64,000 nt of DNA from Methanobacteriaceae archaeon (GCA_013403005.1 JACBOA010000004.1:48916-112915), one strand, 5' to 3'. Shown: positions 12,328-22,890, counted from the first letter of the stretch. Notes: generated by a model not told the origin, from the sequence alone. A program made the numbers and translations.

Positions 12328-13236
12328 TTGGATCCTAATCAACAAGATCAGAAATTGATGAAGAAGAAAGGATTGTATTTTGTTATTTTAACATTCATTT
12401 TCAGTTACCTCCTTGCTTCAGTTTATTATCTGATGGGAGGACGGATTCAAGACCCGGGCTTCATGTTCATGGCCATTGGATACATGTTCATCCCGATGAT
12501 AATTGCCATCATACTGCAGAAATTCCTTTATAAAGATTCCCTAAAGGATCTGGGTTTATCATTAAAATTTAACTGGTGGTGGGTTGTTGCCTGGATATTA
12601 CCTTTGATTCTATCTATTTTAACCTTTGCAGTGGGTCTGCTCATTCCAGGAGTTCAATACTCGCCAGGAATGGAAGGATTCATAGCCAGATTAAGCGAAT
12701 CCCTAACTCCCGAACAATTAGAAATGCTAAAAGCTCAGATAACAAGTTCACCATTAATAATATTCGTAACCATGATAATTCAGGGTTTGATATATGGGGC
12801 AACCATCAATGCAGTGGCTGCCTTTGGTGAAGAATACGGATGGAGGGGATTCCTCCAGAAACAATACAGTTACATGAGTTTTTGGAAAATGTCCCTGGTG
12901 ATAGGTGTGATATGGGGATTATGGCACGCTCCCATCATAATTCAGGGTTATAATTATCCTCAAAACCCAATCATTGGCGTGTTCATGATGATTGGTTTCA
13001 CAGTTCTTTTCACCCCCCTCATCGCTTACGTTCGTATCCGTTCTGGATCAGTCATTGCTGCAGCTATAATGCACGGGACCCTGAATGCCACCGCAGGAAT
13101 AGCCATACTTTTTACCAGTGGAGGAAGCGATCTCACAGTGGGAGTGATGGGACTGGCAGGATTTATTTCCATGGCCATACTCAACCTGTTACTGGTATTC
13201 TATGATAAAAAACTGGCTGAAGAGTCGATAATGTAA
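12328..13236 (+). CDS. CPBP family intramembrane glutamic endopeptidase (CAAX protease/Abi-like)
   Basis: Multi-TM protein. Motif 1 EEYGWRGFL (EExxxR). Motif 2 FWKMSLVIGVIWGLWH. Motif 3 HGTLN. The ORF has a TTG start; the alternative ATG at 12358 gives MKKKGLYFV. Confidence 0.75.
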   Translation: MDPNQQDQKLMKKKGLYFVILTFIFSYLLASVYYLMGGRIQDPGFMFMAIGYMFIPMIIAIILQKFLYKDSLKDLGLSLKFNWWWVVAWILPLILSILTFAVGLLIPGVQYSPGMEGFIARLSESLTPEQLEMLKAQITSSPLIIFVTMIIQGLIYGATINAVAAFGEEYGWRGFLQKQYSYMSFWKMSLVIGVIWGLWHAPIIIQGYNYPQNPIIGVFMMIGFTVLFTPLIAYVRIRSGSVIAAAIMHGTLNATAGIAILFTSGGSDLTVGVMGLAGFISMAILNLLLVFYDKKLAEESIM

Positions 13237-13290
13237 ATTTAAAATGAATGAAGGCTGTTATTCAATCAGGAATATTTTTTAAAAAAACAT

Positions 13291-13968
13291 GTGGGTAACC
13301 CAATGAGTCAAGAAATAAAAACCATTCACTTAAAAATATTTGGTGGATTAGCCAGTGTAAACTGCTACTTAGTAAGAATTGAGGGAAACTTTATCCTGAT
13401 AGACACTGGAGACTCAAGAAATCGTAATAAAATAGATAAAGAGCTTGAAAAAGCTGGTTGCACATCTCAAAATCTTAAGTTAATCTTGTTAACCCATGGT
13501 GACACTGACCACACAGGAAACTGCGCCTTTATCCGTGATAAATACAGTACAAGGGTAGCCATGCATCTGGGTGATTTAGGGATGGTTGAAAAGGGGGATA
13601 TGTTGTACAATAGGGAAGGAAACATCATATCTAGGATAATAAGTCCTTTTATGGGTTTAAGTAAATCCAACAGGTTCACACCGGATATTCTGGTGGATGA
13701 TGGTTATGATCTCAACTTGTACGGATGGGATGCTAGGGTGATCCACATTCCAGGACATTCATCGGGTTCAATAGGCGTACTAACAGTAAATGGCGAGTTT
13801 TTCTGTGGGGATCTCTTTTCAAGCAATGGAAAAGCATCCGTCCATTCCATCATGGATGATAAGGTCAAGGCAAAAGAAAGCATAGAAAAACTAAAAAAGT
13901 TAAATATTAATCAGGTTTACCCGGGCCATGGGGAACCATTCCCCTGGACTAATTTAACCGAGGTATAA
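13291..13968 (+). CDS. MBL-fold metallo-hydrolase
   Basis: HxHxDH motif LLTHGDTDHTGN, followed by conserved His and Asp residues. 225 aa. Confidence 0.75.
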   Translation: MGNPMSQEIKTIHLKIFGGLASVNCYLVRIEGNFILIDTGDSRNRNKIDKELEKAGCTSQNLKLILLTHGDTDHTGNCAFIRDKYSTRVAMHLGDLGMVEKGDMLYNREGNIISRIISPFMGLSKSNRFTPDILVDDGYDLNLYGWDARVIHIPGHSSGSIGVLTVNGEFFCGDLFSSNGKASVHSIMDDKVKAKESIEKLKKLNINQVYPGHGEPFPWTNLTEV

Positions 13969-13991
13969 ACATTTAGAGGGGGTTAATATAG

Positions 13992-14456
13992 ATGAAAATA
14001 GGAATTATAGTACATTCCCAAACCAATAATACCTATTCTGTTGCTGAAAAACTCCATGAAAAGCTTCAGGAAGCGGGTAACGATGTGAATATTGAAAGGG
14101 TGAATATGGTGGGGGGTAATAAACCTCAGGGTAAAGATATACAGATCGAAAACCCTCCAGAGGTTGCAGAATACGATGCCATAGTCTTTGGCTCTCCAGT
14201 ACATGCCTTTTCACTGGCACCAGCAATGAAGGTGTACTTAGAACAAATCCCATCCTTGCAGGATAAAAAAGTGGCACTTTACGTGACCAAGGCATTACCA
14301 TTAAATTTCACAGGTGGAACCCGGGCCATAGGACAGATGGAAAAAATATGCCAGTCCAAAGGGGCTACTATTGTGGGTACAGATATCGTGGTCTGGAGGG
14401 GTGACATAAATAAAAAAATCAATGACTTGACCCGGAAATTCAGTGTAATATTTTAA
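13992..14456 (+). CDS. flavodoxin-like fold protein
   Basis: N-terminus MKIGIIVHSQTNNTYSVAEKL, a flavodoxin phosphate-binding loop analogue. DAIVFGSPVHAF. 154 aa. Confidence 0.6.
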   Translation: MKIGIIVHSQTNNTYSVAEKLHEKLQEAGNDVNIERVNMVGGNKPQGKDIQIENPPEVAEYDAIVFGSPVHAFSLAPAMKVYLEQIPSLQDKKVALYVTKALPLNFTGGTRAIGQMEKICQSKGATIVGTDIVVWRGDINKKINDLTRKFSVIF

Positions 14457-14489
14457 AGTTTAAAGTTCGAAAATGATAAGGATGGGCTT

Positions 14490-14654
14490 ATGAGCCCTGA
14501 AATTTATTATTTTTCAGTTACTGGCAATTCCCTGGTTGTAGCCAGAGACATAGCCCGAAAAATGGGATTAGAACTCATTCCCATCGCTTCTATGCAGATA
14601 AAGAAGATAAAAACTGATGCAGATGTGATGGGTGTTGTTTTCCCCACATTATGA
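14490..14654 (+). pseudogene. flavodoxin-family protein, N-terminal remnant (54 codons then stop)
   Basis: MSPEIYYFSVTGNSLVVARDIARKMGLELIPIASMQIKK... has a typical FMN-flavoprotein N-terminus. Terminated by TGA at 14652-14654. Downstream sequence is scrambled across frames. Confidence 0.45.
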
Positions 14655-14902
14655 ACCATAGGGTGGGGTTCCAAGGATAGTACGGAATTTTGCCTAGCCT
14701 GTTTTCACTGGTGCCCAGAAGAGGCTATTACTAGTAATGAACTCCATAAAAATGTAAAATATCATCCTCATGATGTGAAAGTGTCAGATATGATACTGTG
14801 ATTAATATGGGAGTTTTTTTCCATCATATAAATTTTTCACGCATGCTACGTTTACCAGTTTCAATGATAAAATTAAACAGAAAAACAATGAGGTAAATTC
14901 AA

Positions 14903-15751
14903 ATGGAAGTTATTCTTCAGCAGTTTGCTAATTTAAGTGTTTTAATATACATCGTAAGCACCATGTTATCTATGGGGCTTAGTTTTTACCCTAAACAATT
15001 TATAGAGCCGTTAAAAGATAAAAATCTTATATTAAAGTCTTTAGCCGCAAATTTCGTAATATTGCCAATCTTAACCTATATTATACTGCAGATAATTCCT
15101 CTCCAGCAAGGTCTTGCCATAGGCCTGATTTTAATGGCTGCAGGTGCAGGTTCACCTTTCATGCTGAAATTGGTTCAATTTACCAAGGCAGATATTGCCT
15201 TTGCAGTGGGATTGATGTTAATATTATCCATGGTCACGTTAATCTACATGCCACTGGTCCTTTCTATTCTTTTACCCGGCGTATCGGTGAATCCATTATC
15301 TATAGCAGTTTCCCTGCTGGTATTGATATTCATACCCTTAATTAGTGGAACGGTTATCAAATCACGGTATGATAAAATAGCTAAAACTATTCAACCAACT
15401 TTTAACCAGATATCTAACATATTCATCTTTACAGTAATAGTTCTTTACTTGATTCTAAACTACCAGGACTTTTTGGCAGTATTCGGTACTGGAGCATTGA
15501 TAGCTGCTTTTGGTTTCGTATTAACTGCTTTTATAATCGGATACTTACTTGGCGGTCCTTCCCAGAATACAAAAACAGTGCTAGGTCTGGGTACTGCTAT
15601 AAGAAACTCCTCTGCTGCTTTTGTGGTAGCTATAGCCAATTTCAGCTCGGAATATGATGTCATGGCCATGATAATAGTAGTTTACATGATCAGCATAATC
15701 ATGATGATGATCATCTCCGGGGAAATTGGAAAAAGAAGCAAAGTTTCATAA
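14903..15751 (+). CDS. polytopic membrane transporter, probably bile acid:sodium symporter (BASS)-like family
   Basis: 282 aa with about 8-10 hydrophobic helices. Family assignment rests on overall resemblance only. Confidence 0.5.
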   Translation: MEVILQQFANLSVLIYIVSTMLSMGLSFYPKQFIEPLKDKNLILKSLAANFVILPILTYIILQIIPLQQGLAIGLILMAAGAGSPFMLKLVQFTKADIAFAVGLMLILSMVTLIYMPLVLSILLPGVSVNPLSIAVSLLVLIFIPLISGTVIKSRYDKIAKTIQPTFNQISNIFIFTVIVLYLILNYQDFLAVFGTGALIAAFGFVLTAFIIGYLLGGPSQNTKTVLGLGTAIRNSSAAFVVAIANFSSEYDVMAMIIVVYMISIIMMMIISGEIGKRSKVS

Positions 15752-16328
15752 ACTTTTCATAAACTTCAGATAATTCTATTAATTTCATATTCTTAAGAAA
15801 TAGGATTATTGACCTTATTTTAGGGGCTCTGTAAAATATTGGTGGGATTGATTTTTACATTTGTTAGATCCAACTGGTAAAAAGTCTATTAACATATAAA
15901 ACAGGCAAATATCTTTTCTTTCATGAATAATCTCAAGTTTATTCAACATCTTAATTTAGAGTATTATTAGGAACTAGGAACCCTCAAGAGAGATCATACC
16001 AATTTTTTATGAAATGATCAACAAAAACTATGGTAACTCGTAAAGCTAAAAAAAGTTCAATAGGCTTTATTTAGTAATTAATACTTTTTAGACTATGGTA
16101 TTTCCTGAATATCAGTGCTAAATTCATGGATATGTTATTTCATGTTACTGGATAGTCTTCTTTAGAATTTTTGTTGATAATAGAATCATCCAGTGGAAAA
16201 AAGCGGACTAGAAACAAGAAAGATCAAAAAAATTTTTCATAAGGTTTTGGATGTTTATTGCTATGATTAAAATCAGTCAAGAGTCTGTGATGACTTACAC
16301 CAGTTGTGATGTAAGGGGTTATTAGTCA

Positions 16329-16363
16329 ATGTATAGTATTCACTATACATTCAAACTATACAT
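16329..16363. promoter_or_regulatory. perfect 9-bp inverted repeat ATGTATAGT-ATTC-ACTATACAT plus a third ACTATACAT copy 4 bp downstream
   Basis: Read directly from the sequence. Lies in a ~700-bp non-coding region, ~120 bp upstream of the GT2-receiver gene. Confidence 0.35.
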
Positions 16364-16471
16364 TTATATAGCAATTTATGTATAATTGTTTAGACAATAC
16401 AATTTTTACTTAGCATAGCAACATGATCAGTGCTAGTTTTATTTCACGAATTAATATTACAGGTGTGCTGA

Positions 16472-18223
16472 TTGGCCCTAGAGAAGTTTTTGAATAATGT
16501 TAACAGTTTTTGGCTGAGATGGAAGGTAAGTATAGGTGCTCTGGCAATCCTCTTTATGGTAGCTTTGTTGATTGCCCATACAATGATTAATTCCGATGTT
16601 ATCTGGCTTCAAATTATATTATTTACATTTGGTTCTTATTATCTGTTAATTACCATTTCAAGTTTTTTCCATATAGAACATCCTAAAAAAAAGGATTTAA
16701 AACCTTTTGTAAGCATAATAGTACCTGCGCATAATGAAGAACATACTATTTCAGAGTCTGTCCAGTCTATATGCCAGATGGATTACTTTAAAGATGGGAA
16801 AAAGAACTTTGAACTGGTTGTGGTTGATGATGGATCAACAGATCAAACACCTCGAGTTCTAGAAAATCTTAAGCAATCTCTAAATTTTAAGTTAATTAGA
16901 AGAGAACCTCCCTTGTCAGGAAAAGGTAAAGGCGCAGCCCTAAATGCAGGGCTAAAGGTATGTCGGGGAGAATGTATTTTAGTTTTTGATGCCGATGCCA
17001 TAGTTAAACCTGACTTCCTGTCATTGATGACCAAGTACTTTTCTGATCCAGAGGTAGTGGGAGTGCAAGCAAAGGTTCGAATGAAAAATCCATCTGTAAA
17101 CCACCTCACATCACTCCAGGATGATGAATTCGCCACATTTAACAGAATTATACAGAAGGGCAGAACAGTTATAGATGGAGCAACTGCATTAGGTGGCAAC
17201 GGACAGATGGTGAAAAGGAAAACCATAGAATCAGTAGGGGGCTGGAATGAGAAATCCATTACTGAAGATTTAGATCTTAGTGTAAGTGTATTGTTAGACC
17301 AGGGCACTATAAAGTACTGTGATCAGGCCATTGTATACCAGGAGGCAGTTCCTCACTGGAAAAACTTCCTAAAACAAAGAATCAGATGGGCGGAAGGACA
17401 CCTTGAAACCATGATCAATTCTTCATGGAAAGTCCTGAAAACTCCAGGCATACCCCTGAGCCGCAGAATAGATTTTCTCTTCTACCTCGTGGGAATAAAT
17501 ATAGTATTTCTAATATTACTTAGCTATGTCTTGGGATTTATCCAGTTTTTGATAGGAGGATTCAAGTCATCCATACCAGAAATACTATGGATTTTCGCAT
17601 CACTAGTCTTTTTCCCAACCATCATAACTGGTCTGTACTTTGAAGTAGATAAAAGACCGCATATAATTATTTACCGTAGCTTAAGGTTCTGGTTATTCTG
17701 CCTGCATTGGATCCCTGTATTTTTCGCTGCCCTCTATAGGGTAATAACCGTTCGAAACAAATTTTGGGTTAAAACTACCCATAAAGGATCAAATCTTATC
17801 TTAAAGTCTCCTAGAGAAATAAAATCCACCCTCAACAGTCCTATGATCTCATCTCAAAAAAATAAATCAATTCGTAATCTTTTAATTGTTGAGGACGAGA
17901 TAATATTCGCCCAGGACTTGCAGATAACCTTGGAACAAATGGGATACAAAGTTTTGGGAATCACAACTTCTGCTGAGGATGCCCTTAAAAAAATTGCAAT
18001 AAAAAAACCAGACTTAGTTTTAATGGATATCATCCTGCAAGGAAATATTGACGGAATTGATGCAACCCATGAGATATGGAAGCGTTTCAAAATACCAGTG
18101 GTCTACATAACTGCTCATTCAGATCAAAGAACTTTAGAAAGATTAAAAGCATCCCCCTATGCAGGGTTATTAATAAAACCCATAAATATCAGTTCTTTAA
18201 CACAGATTCTAGAAAAAATATAG
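16472..18223 (+). CDS. membrane family-2 glycosyltransferase fused to a C-terminal CheY-like receiver (REC) domain
   Basis: N-terminal TM helices. GT2 core (IIVPAHNEE, VVVDDGSTDQT, FDADA, QxxRW-like RIRWAEGH). More TM helices follow. Last ~120 aa are LLIVEDEIIFAQDL...DLVLMDIILQG...KPI, with the phospho-acceptor Asp in LVLMDI. The ORF has a TTG start, so the true start is uncertain. Confidence 0.75.
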   Translation: MALEKFLNNVNSFWLRWKVSIGALAILFMVALLIAHTMINSDVIWLQIILFTFGSYYLLITISSFFHIEHPKKKDLKPFVSIIVPAHNEEHTISESVQSICQMDYFKDGKKNFELVVVDDGSTDQTPRVLENLKQSLNFKLIRREPPLSGKGKGAALNAGLKVCRGECILVFDADAIVKPDFLSLMTKYFSDPEVVGVQAKVRMKNPSVNHLTSLQDDEFATFNRIIQKGRTVIDGATALGGNGQMVKRKTIESVGGWNEKSITEDLDLSVSVLLDQGTIKYCDQAIVYQEAVPHWKNFLKQRIRWAEGHLETMINSSWKVLKTPGIPLSRRIDFLFYLVGINIVFLILLSYVLGFIQFLIGGFKSSIPEILWIFASLVFFPTIITGLYFEVDKRPHIIIYRSLRFWLFCLHWIPVFFAALYRVITVRNKFWVKTTHKGSNLILKSPREIKSTLNSPMISSQKNKSIRNLLIVEDEIIFAQDLQITLEQMGYKVLGITTSAEDALKKIAIKKPDLVLMDIILQGNIDGIDATHEIWKRFKIPVVYITAHSDQRTLERLKASPYAGLLIKPINISSLTQILEKI

Positions 18224-18809
18224 ATTTCTAATTAGTAGAATTTGATTAACTTACTTTTTAGATTGGATCTCTGAGGGGGCATTGTATTGTAGGTGTTTTC
18301 CCTGTCATAAGCTTTTTTTTGTTTTCAATAGGGTTTGATCTGGTAAATTTTCAGGTAAAAATATTAAATTTATATAAAAAAGCTAATTTTTTAACCAGTA
18401 AGGCCTTTTGTGTGGGATAATTATCAATTATTATATTTAAAACCTTTTTTACTCATTAAACCTTTAATTTTCATATCTTTGCTCAAACATCAACCTATTT
18501 TTAATAATTCCAAATCTGCTTTTTCATGATCAATAATTTTATAATGGTATGTATCACTGGAATAGTATTAAAACATAATTTAAAGCCCTATACTGCTTTT
18601 AATATTTATATCTCTTTTCATAAGGTTGTTTTTTTATTATTAGGAATGCTTTCTAATAATCATTTTTGTTAAATTAAATTTTTCTTCTTTCATGACTTTG
18701 TTCATATGGGCGTTTATTTTTTCATGATTTACAATTAAGACAGCCTCTACTAGTTTCAAAAAAATTAAATAATATCAAATTAAATAAATATCTTAAAATT
18801 CATGGAGAA

Positions 18810-19610
18810 ATGAAAATGTTCCAAACACAAGAAGGCTACACCTATCTGATGCCGGCTCATTTCGGTGGGGGTGAGTTTGATCCCGAGGCAAAACTCACCC
18901 AGAAAGCAACAGCACTGTCTATCAGTTATGAAACTAACCAGAAACTTCTTGAAAATTATATTCCTGAAGGATTTGAACTGCGGGCTCCTGAGATTCAGGT
19001 TGTTTTCAACAGGTTTACTGAGATCAACTGGATGCATGGTGGATACTATAATCTAATTGATGTGTCTGCACCGGTCAGATTTAATGGTAAGAAAGAACAA
19101 GTGGATGGAAACTATTCACTGGTGGTCTGGGAAAATAACACCACACCTATACTCGGAGGACGTGAACAAACAGGAATTCCCAAAATTTACGCGGATATAG
19201 AAGACCTGCATATTCTAAAACCTCACTATAGCACCACAGCCAGTTATGCTGGAAACACTTTTTTAAACATTAATTTTGAAGCCACCGATGAAATCACTGG
19301 AGAGGAATTAGAACAATACAAAGCGCAGTTTTCATCTTTAAACACCATTGGGTGGAGATATATTCCTAAAGTTGGAGTTCCCGGGGCTGAATTAAGTCAA
19401 TTTATCCTTTATCCTCAGGGCATGGAAATGGAAACAGCGCAAAGGGGAAATGCCAGTCTAAAGTGGACTGAGATGACTCCAATGCAAAATCCTGCCCAGT
19501 CCCATATAATCAACAGTCTCGCTGCCCTACCTATAAAAAAGATAACTAATGCTATGTTCTCAGAGGGGAAGGCTATTCTTAGGGCGTTTGGTGCTAGAAT
19601 CTTAGAATGA
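18810..19610 (+). CDS. acetoacetate decarboxylase (ADC) family protein
   Basis: [38 protein letters not shown] aligns with the ADC motif SG..PV.FNG..GDY...YLDN.PAI.GRE..G.PKK around the Schiff-base Lys. 266 aa. Confidence 0.7.
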   Translation: MKMFQTQEGYTYLMPAHFGGGEFDPEAKLTQKATALSISYETNQKLLENYIPEGFELRAPEIQVVFNRFTEINWMHGGYYNLIDVSAPVRFNGKKEQVDGNYSLVVWENNTTPILGGREQTGIPKIYADIEDLHILKPHYSTTASYAGNTFLNINFEATDEITGEELEQYKAQFSSLNTIGWRYIPKVGVPGAELSQFILYPQGMEMETAQRGNASLKWTEMTPMQNPAQSHIINSLAALPIKKITNAMFSEGKAILRAFGARILE

Positions 19611-20470
19611 ATGATAATTTAAGGAGTGGTATGATGAGTAATTCAGAATATTATAAGGATAAAATTTGTATTGTAACTGGGGGAAATTCAGGTATTGGGT
19701 ACGCACTATGTGAGGAACTCTTAAAAAGAGGAGCAATTGTTTACATGGCAGGACGCAACCCTGAAAGGGTATCAAACGCCGCAGAACAGCTTTCAGAATA
19801 TGGAGATCGGATTCACACAATTATAGTGGATGTAACAGTTCAAGAACAGGTGCAAAAAGCCATTGAAGATACTGTGGCAGAGGAAGGTCGGCTGGACATG
19901 TTATTCAACAATGCAGGGGTTGGCGGGACTCTGCCGTTTGAAAATGCTACCTTGGAAGATTGGAAAAATATCATTGACACCAATTTGTGGAGTGTTATTT
20001 ACGGGGTCCATACAGCAGTGCCCATTATGCTGAAACAGGGATCTGGACACATCATCAACACCAGCTCAGCTGCAGGGATTATACCTTTCCCTTTCCAGGC
20101 GCTATATTCTCTTACAAAATTTGGGGTGACCGGCCTCACAGAATGTCTGAAATACGAGTATGCGGAAAAAGGACTCTATTTTTCGACCATATGCCCGTCT
20201 GATATAGCAACACCCATCTATAAAAAATCAATTGATGGGAAGATTCATGATGAAGCTAAGATCCCCGAAGACGCGTATCCTGTGGACAAAGCAGCAACAT
20301 ATATTTTAGATCAGGTATCCGAAAAAAAGGGAATAATTATAGTACCTGAGGAACCTACTACCCAAGGCTGGAGAAGTTATGTACAGGGTAAAGAGGAAGC
20401 AGAAAAAATTTTACTGCAAATGGCCCATGACCGTAGAGAATCCTACGAAAAGCGAGGAACTTACTTCTAA
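19607..20470 (+). CDS. SDR family NAD(P)-dependent oxidoreductase
   Basis: [10 protein letters not shown] cofactor motif, NNAG, and catalytic YSLTK (YxxxK). Overlaps the ADC stop by 4 bp. Confidence 0.8.
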   Translation: MNDNLRSGMMSNSEYYKDKICIVTGGNSGIGYALCEELLKRGAIVYMAGRNPERVSNAAEQLSEYGDRIHTIIVDVTVQEQVQKAIEDTVAEEGRLDMLFNNAGVGGTLPFENATLEDWKNIIDTNLWSVIYGVHTAVPIMLKQGSGHIINTSSAAGIIPFPFQALYSLTKFGVTGLTECLKYEYAEKGLYFSTICPSDIATPIYKKSIDGKIHDEAKIPEDAYPVDKAATYILDQVSEKKGIIIVPEEPTTQGWRSYVQGKEEAEKILLQMAHDRRESYEKRGTYF

Positions 20471-20487
20471 GATTTAACGGTGATTTC

Positions 20488-22890
20488 ATGGTTGTAGTTG
20501 AACATTATGGGAAAGGAAATCTTGTAGATTCAGATCTGGGGAAGAAAAATACTGATTCACAAGGATCACCCGTTTGCGGTGCCAGAATGGATGCTCTAGA
20601 GGGTTATACAGAAATTCCAGAATTGCTTCAAAGGTTTATTAACCATGATGATCAATCTGCCTGGGCAACAATTGTTAAAAAAATCGACTACATTTATGAC
20701 CATGTTGATTACTCCCTGAGTTCCCTTGATATGGAGACGGATTTCGTCTCAGAAATACAATCACAGATAAAATCAGGTAAAAAATTGTTGTTTAAGCCTA
20801 ACCTGGTTGGTCCTCAGGTTATTGATCAGGATACGCATGGTGAAGATCTGGGCGCTCCTGTATGTACGGACTGGTCAGTGATTGCTGCCTTGATGAGATG
20901 GTTCCACGACAAATTAAACATTGATTACTACCAGATGGCTTTAGGTGAAGCCTCCACCTCTTCACTTCTTATTGGAAAGGTATATAGTCTTAAATCAGGA
21001 AAAACGGTAACCACCGAAGCAGTTTTTGAAGGCAGATGTGGAGATTTTTATGGAGGTTGGGGTTTCTATTTTGTCCGCAAATACCTTAAAGAGCATCATC
21101 CCTCCTCTCATACTGATGATCCTATGAATGGCTATGAAGATAGTATAAAAGGCAGATATCTTGAACCTGGTAAAGCCCAGGATCGGCTGATGGTCTATGA
21201 TCTAAACAAAGTGGGGGAAGATCCATCCAGGGGGAGAACAGTGCCTGTTCCTGGAGGAGAGAATTTCAAGAATATCACATTGCATAAAGCAGTTGTTGGG
21301 GGCGATCCTCAAAATACTGATGATATAAAAGATTACCCTGGATGTGTTTTGATAAATGTTCCTAAAATGAAAATCCATGCCCAGGACCTTATCACAAACG
21401 CCATCAAAAACCTGGGTATAGGCCTTTATCCAACTGAATGTCCTTCAAGCTCAATTAAAAGCAGTAATTCATGGGAATATGCAATGCCTGCCACAGAGAA
21501 TCCAACTTTTAAAGGTAAACTACCACATATGCCATGGGTAGCGGAAATAGATGAAGATACTAACTTACCCATTATGGATGAAAATGGAGCATACCTAGTT
21601 ACCAAAACCGGGGGAATGAAAGCAACCCAGGCGGATGTAATCAAAGCAGTGCAAAACCAGGGAGTTTTCATGGTACATGTTTCTGATTGCCTGCACATGA
21701 TCAATCTTAACCATAATCCAGAGGGTATTGCAGTTAGAATCCCTGAAGGATATATCTGGTCTTCCCTAGATTGTGTTGCATTGGATCTTTTATGTGCACG
21801 GTACTGCTTCAAAACAGTTCCCATGTCTGAAGGAATAAAACTCAAAGAAGAAAATAACTGGAATACTGAGTTCGTTCGACACGTTCCAGTGGCTAAAATA
21901 GATGGAAAAAACATAAAAACTGAAGAAGGACTTGATTCACCACTTTTCAGGTATAATCTCTATGAATATGCTGAAAAAAGAGGAATAGGACAGCAAAAAT
22001 ACTTTGTTACCGGTTGGGATAGTGTGACCAGCACTCCCTTAACTTCAATGGCCGGTCATCTGGGCAGAATTGAGAATGAAAAATTCGTTGAACTAATGAC
22101 TAAAACCATGTACTATAATCCCAGTTGCATGCTATGGGATATGCAAAAAACTATTTTAAGCTATGCAGAAGCAAACGATCAATTAACAGGAACCTCAATT
22201 TTCAAAGAATTCATGGATGGTTTTGACGAAAACCATGATGGGATTATTGATTATGATGAGAATGGACGGAAAGGTATTTGGACTCCAGGATTCAGCATAA
22301 TGTCCTATGCATTGCATATGATGATTACAGAAGATTTTGGAGCTATTAAAGGGCCTTTTTATCAGAATGCGAATTTCTATCTTAAAAATGGAAATGCAAA
22401 ATGGAATCCCCAGGGACATGATTTTGCCCAGGAATACGTGCAAGTAGGAATTGCTACCATGGCCTATGAAATGTCAAAATCCGAAACCCAAAGTGAAGAT
22501 CCATTTGTATCAGGCATGAAATGGGGAAATGGCTTGTGGCCGAGCTGGGAGCTTGCAAAACATACCATGTTATCCAGTTCCATATATGGTGCCTCAACCC
22601 CAGATAAAATCACCATCAACTCCCTTTATGGGCTGGCATTCAGTTATGCAGATAAAACTGGAAATGAAGGCTTATACACTGGGAGTGTTGATCAGGGTGA
22701 ATCTGATCCGGAAGCCTTAAATGCATACTTTAATGCAGTTTCTAAAGGAGCAGATCTTTTAGATTTTATTCTATATGTTCCCCAGGGATGGGGGAGCCTT
22801 GGAAATGCTAAAATTCCTAATGTAGAAGAAACCAGTGATCCAGACAAAATATTCACGGCTCATTTTAACCAAGGTCAGGAAGTATGGTAA
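20488..22890 (+). CDS. large (800 aa) uncharacterized protein; N-terminal region resembles DUF362; contains a DxDxDG-like Ca-binding loop (ENHDGIIDYDENG)
   Basis: Begins 18 bp after the SDR gene. KLLFKPNLVGPQ...GAPVCTDWSVIAAL resembles the DUF362 (V)IKPNLV core. No other domain recognised in the C-terminal ~400 aa. Confidence 0.5.
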   Translation: MVVVEHYGKGNLVDSDLGKKNTDSQGSPVCGARMDALEGYTEIPELLQRFINHDDQSAWATIVKKIDYIYDHVDYSLSSLDMETDFVSEIQSQIKSGKKLLFKPNLVGPQVIDQDTHGEDLGAPVCTDWSVIAALMRWFHDKLNIDYYQMALGEASTSSLLIGKVYSLKSGKTVTTEAVFEGRCGDFYGGWGFYFVRKYLKEHHPSSHTDDPMNGYEDSIKGRYLEPGKAQDRLMVYDLNKVGEDPSRGRTVPVPGGENFKNITLHKAVVGGDPQNTDDIKDYPGCVLINVPKMKIHAQDLITNAIKNLGIGLYPTECPSSSIKSSNSWEYAMPATENPTFKGKLPHMPWVAEIDEDTNLPIMDENGAYLVTKTGGMKATQADVIKAVQNQGVFMVHVSDCLHMINLNHNPEGIAVRIPEGYIWSSLDCVALDLLCARYCFKTVPMSEGIKLKEENNWNTEFVRHVPVAKIDGKNIKTEEGLDSPLFRYNLYEYAEKRGIGQQKYFVTGWDSVTSTPLTSMAGHLGRIENEKFVELMTKTMYYNPSCMLWDMQKTILSYAEANDQLTGTSIFKEFMDGFDENHDGIIDYDENGRKGIWTPGFSIMSYALHMMITEDFGAIKGPFYQNANFYLKNGNAKWNPQGHDFAQEYVQVGIATMAYEMSKSETQSEDPFVSGMKWGNGLWPSWELAKHTMLSSSIYGASTPDKITINSLYGLAFSYADKTGNEGLYTGSVDQGESDPEALNAYFNAVSKGADLLDFILYVPQGWGSLGNAKIPNVEETSDPDKIFTAHFNQGQEVW

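Noticed and set aside
12576-12830. 84-aa ORF inside the CPBP protease gene
   Set aside because: An alternate frame of a gene with clear family motifs. Cys/Ser-rich nonsense translation.
16843-17307. 154-aa minus-strand ORF
   Set aside because: Antisense to the GT2 catalytic domain, which carries its DxD/QxxRW motifs in the other frame.
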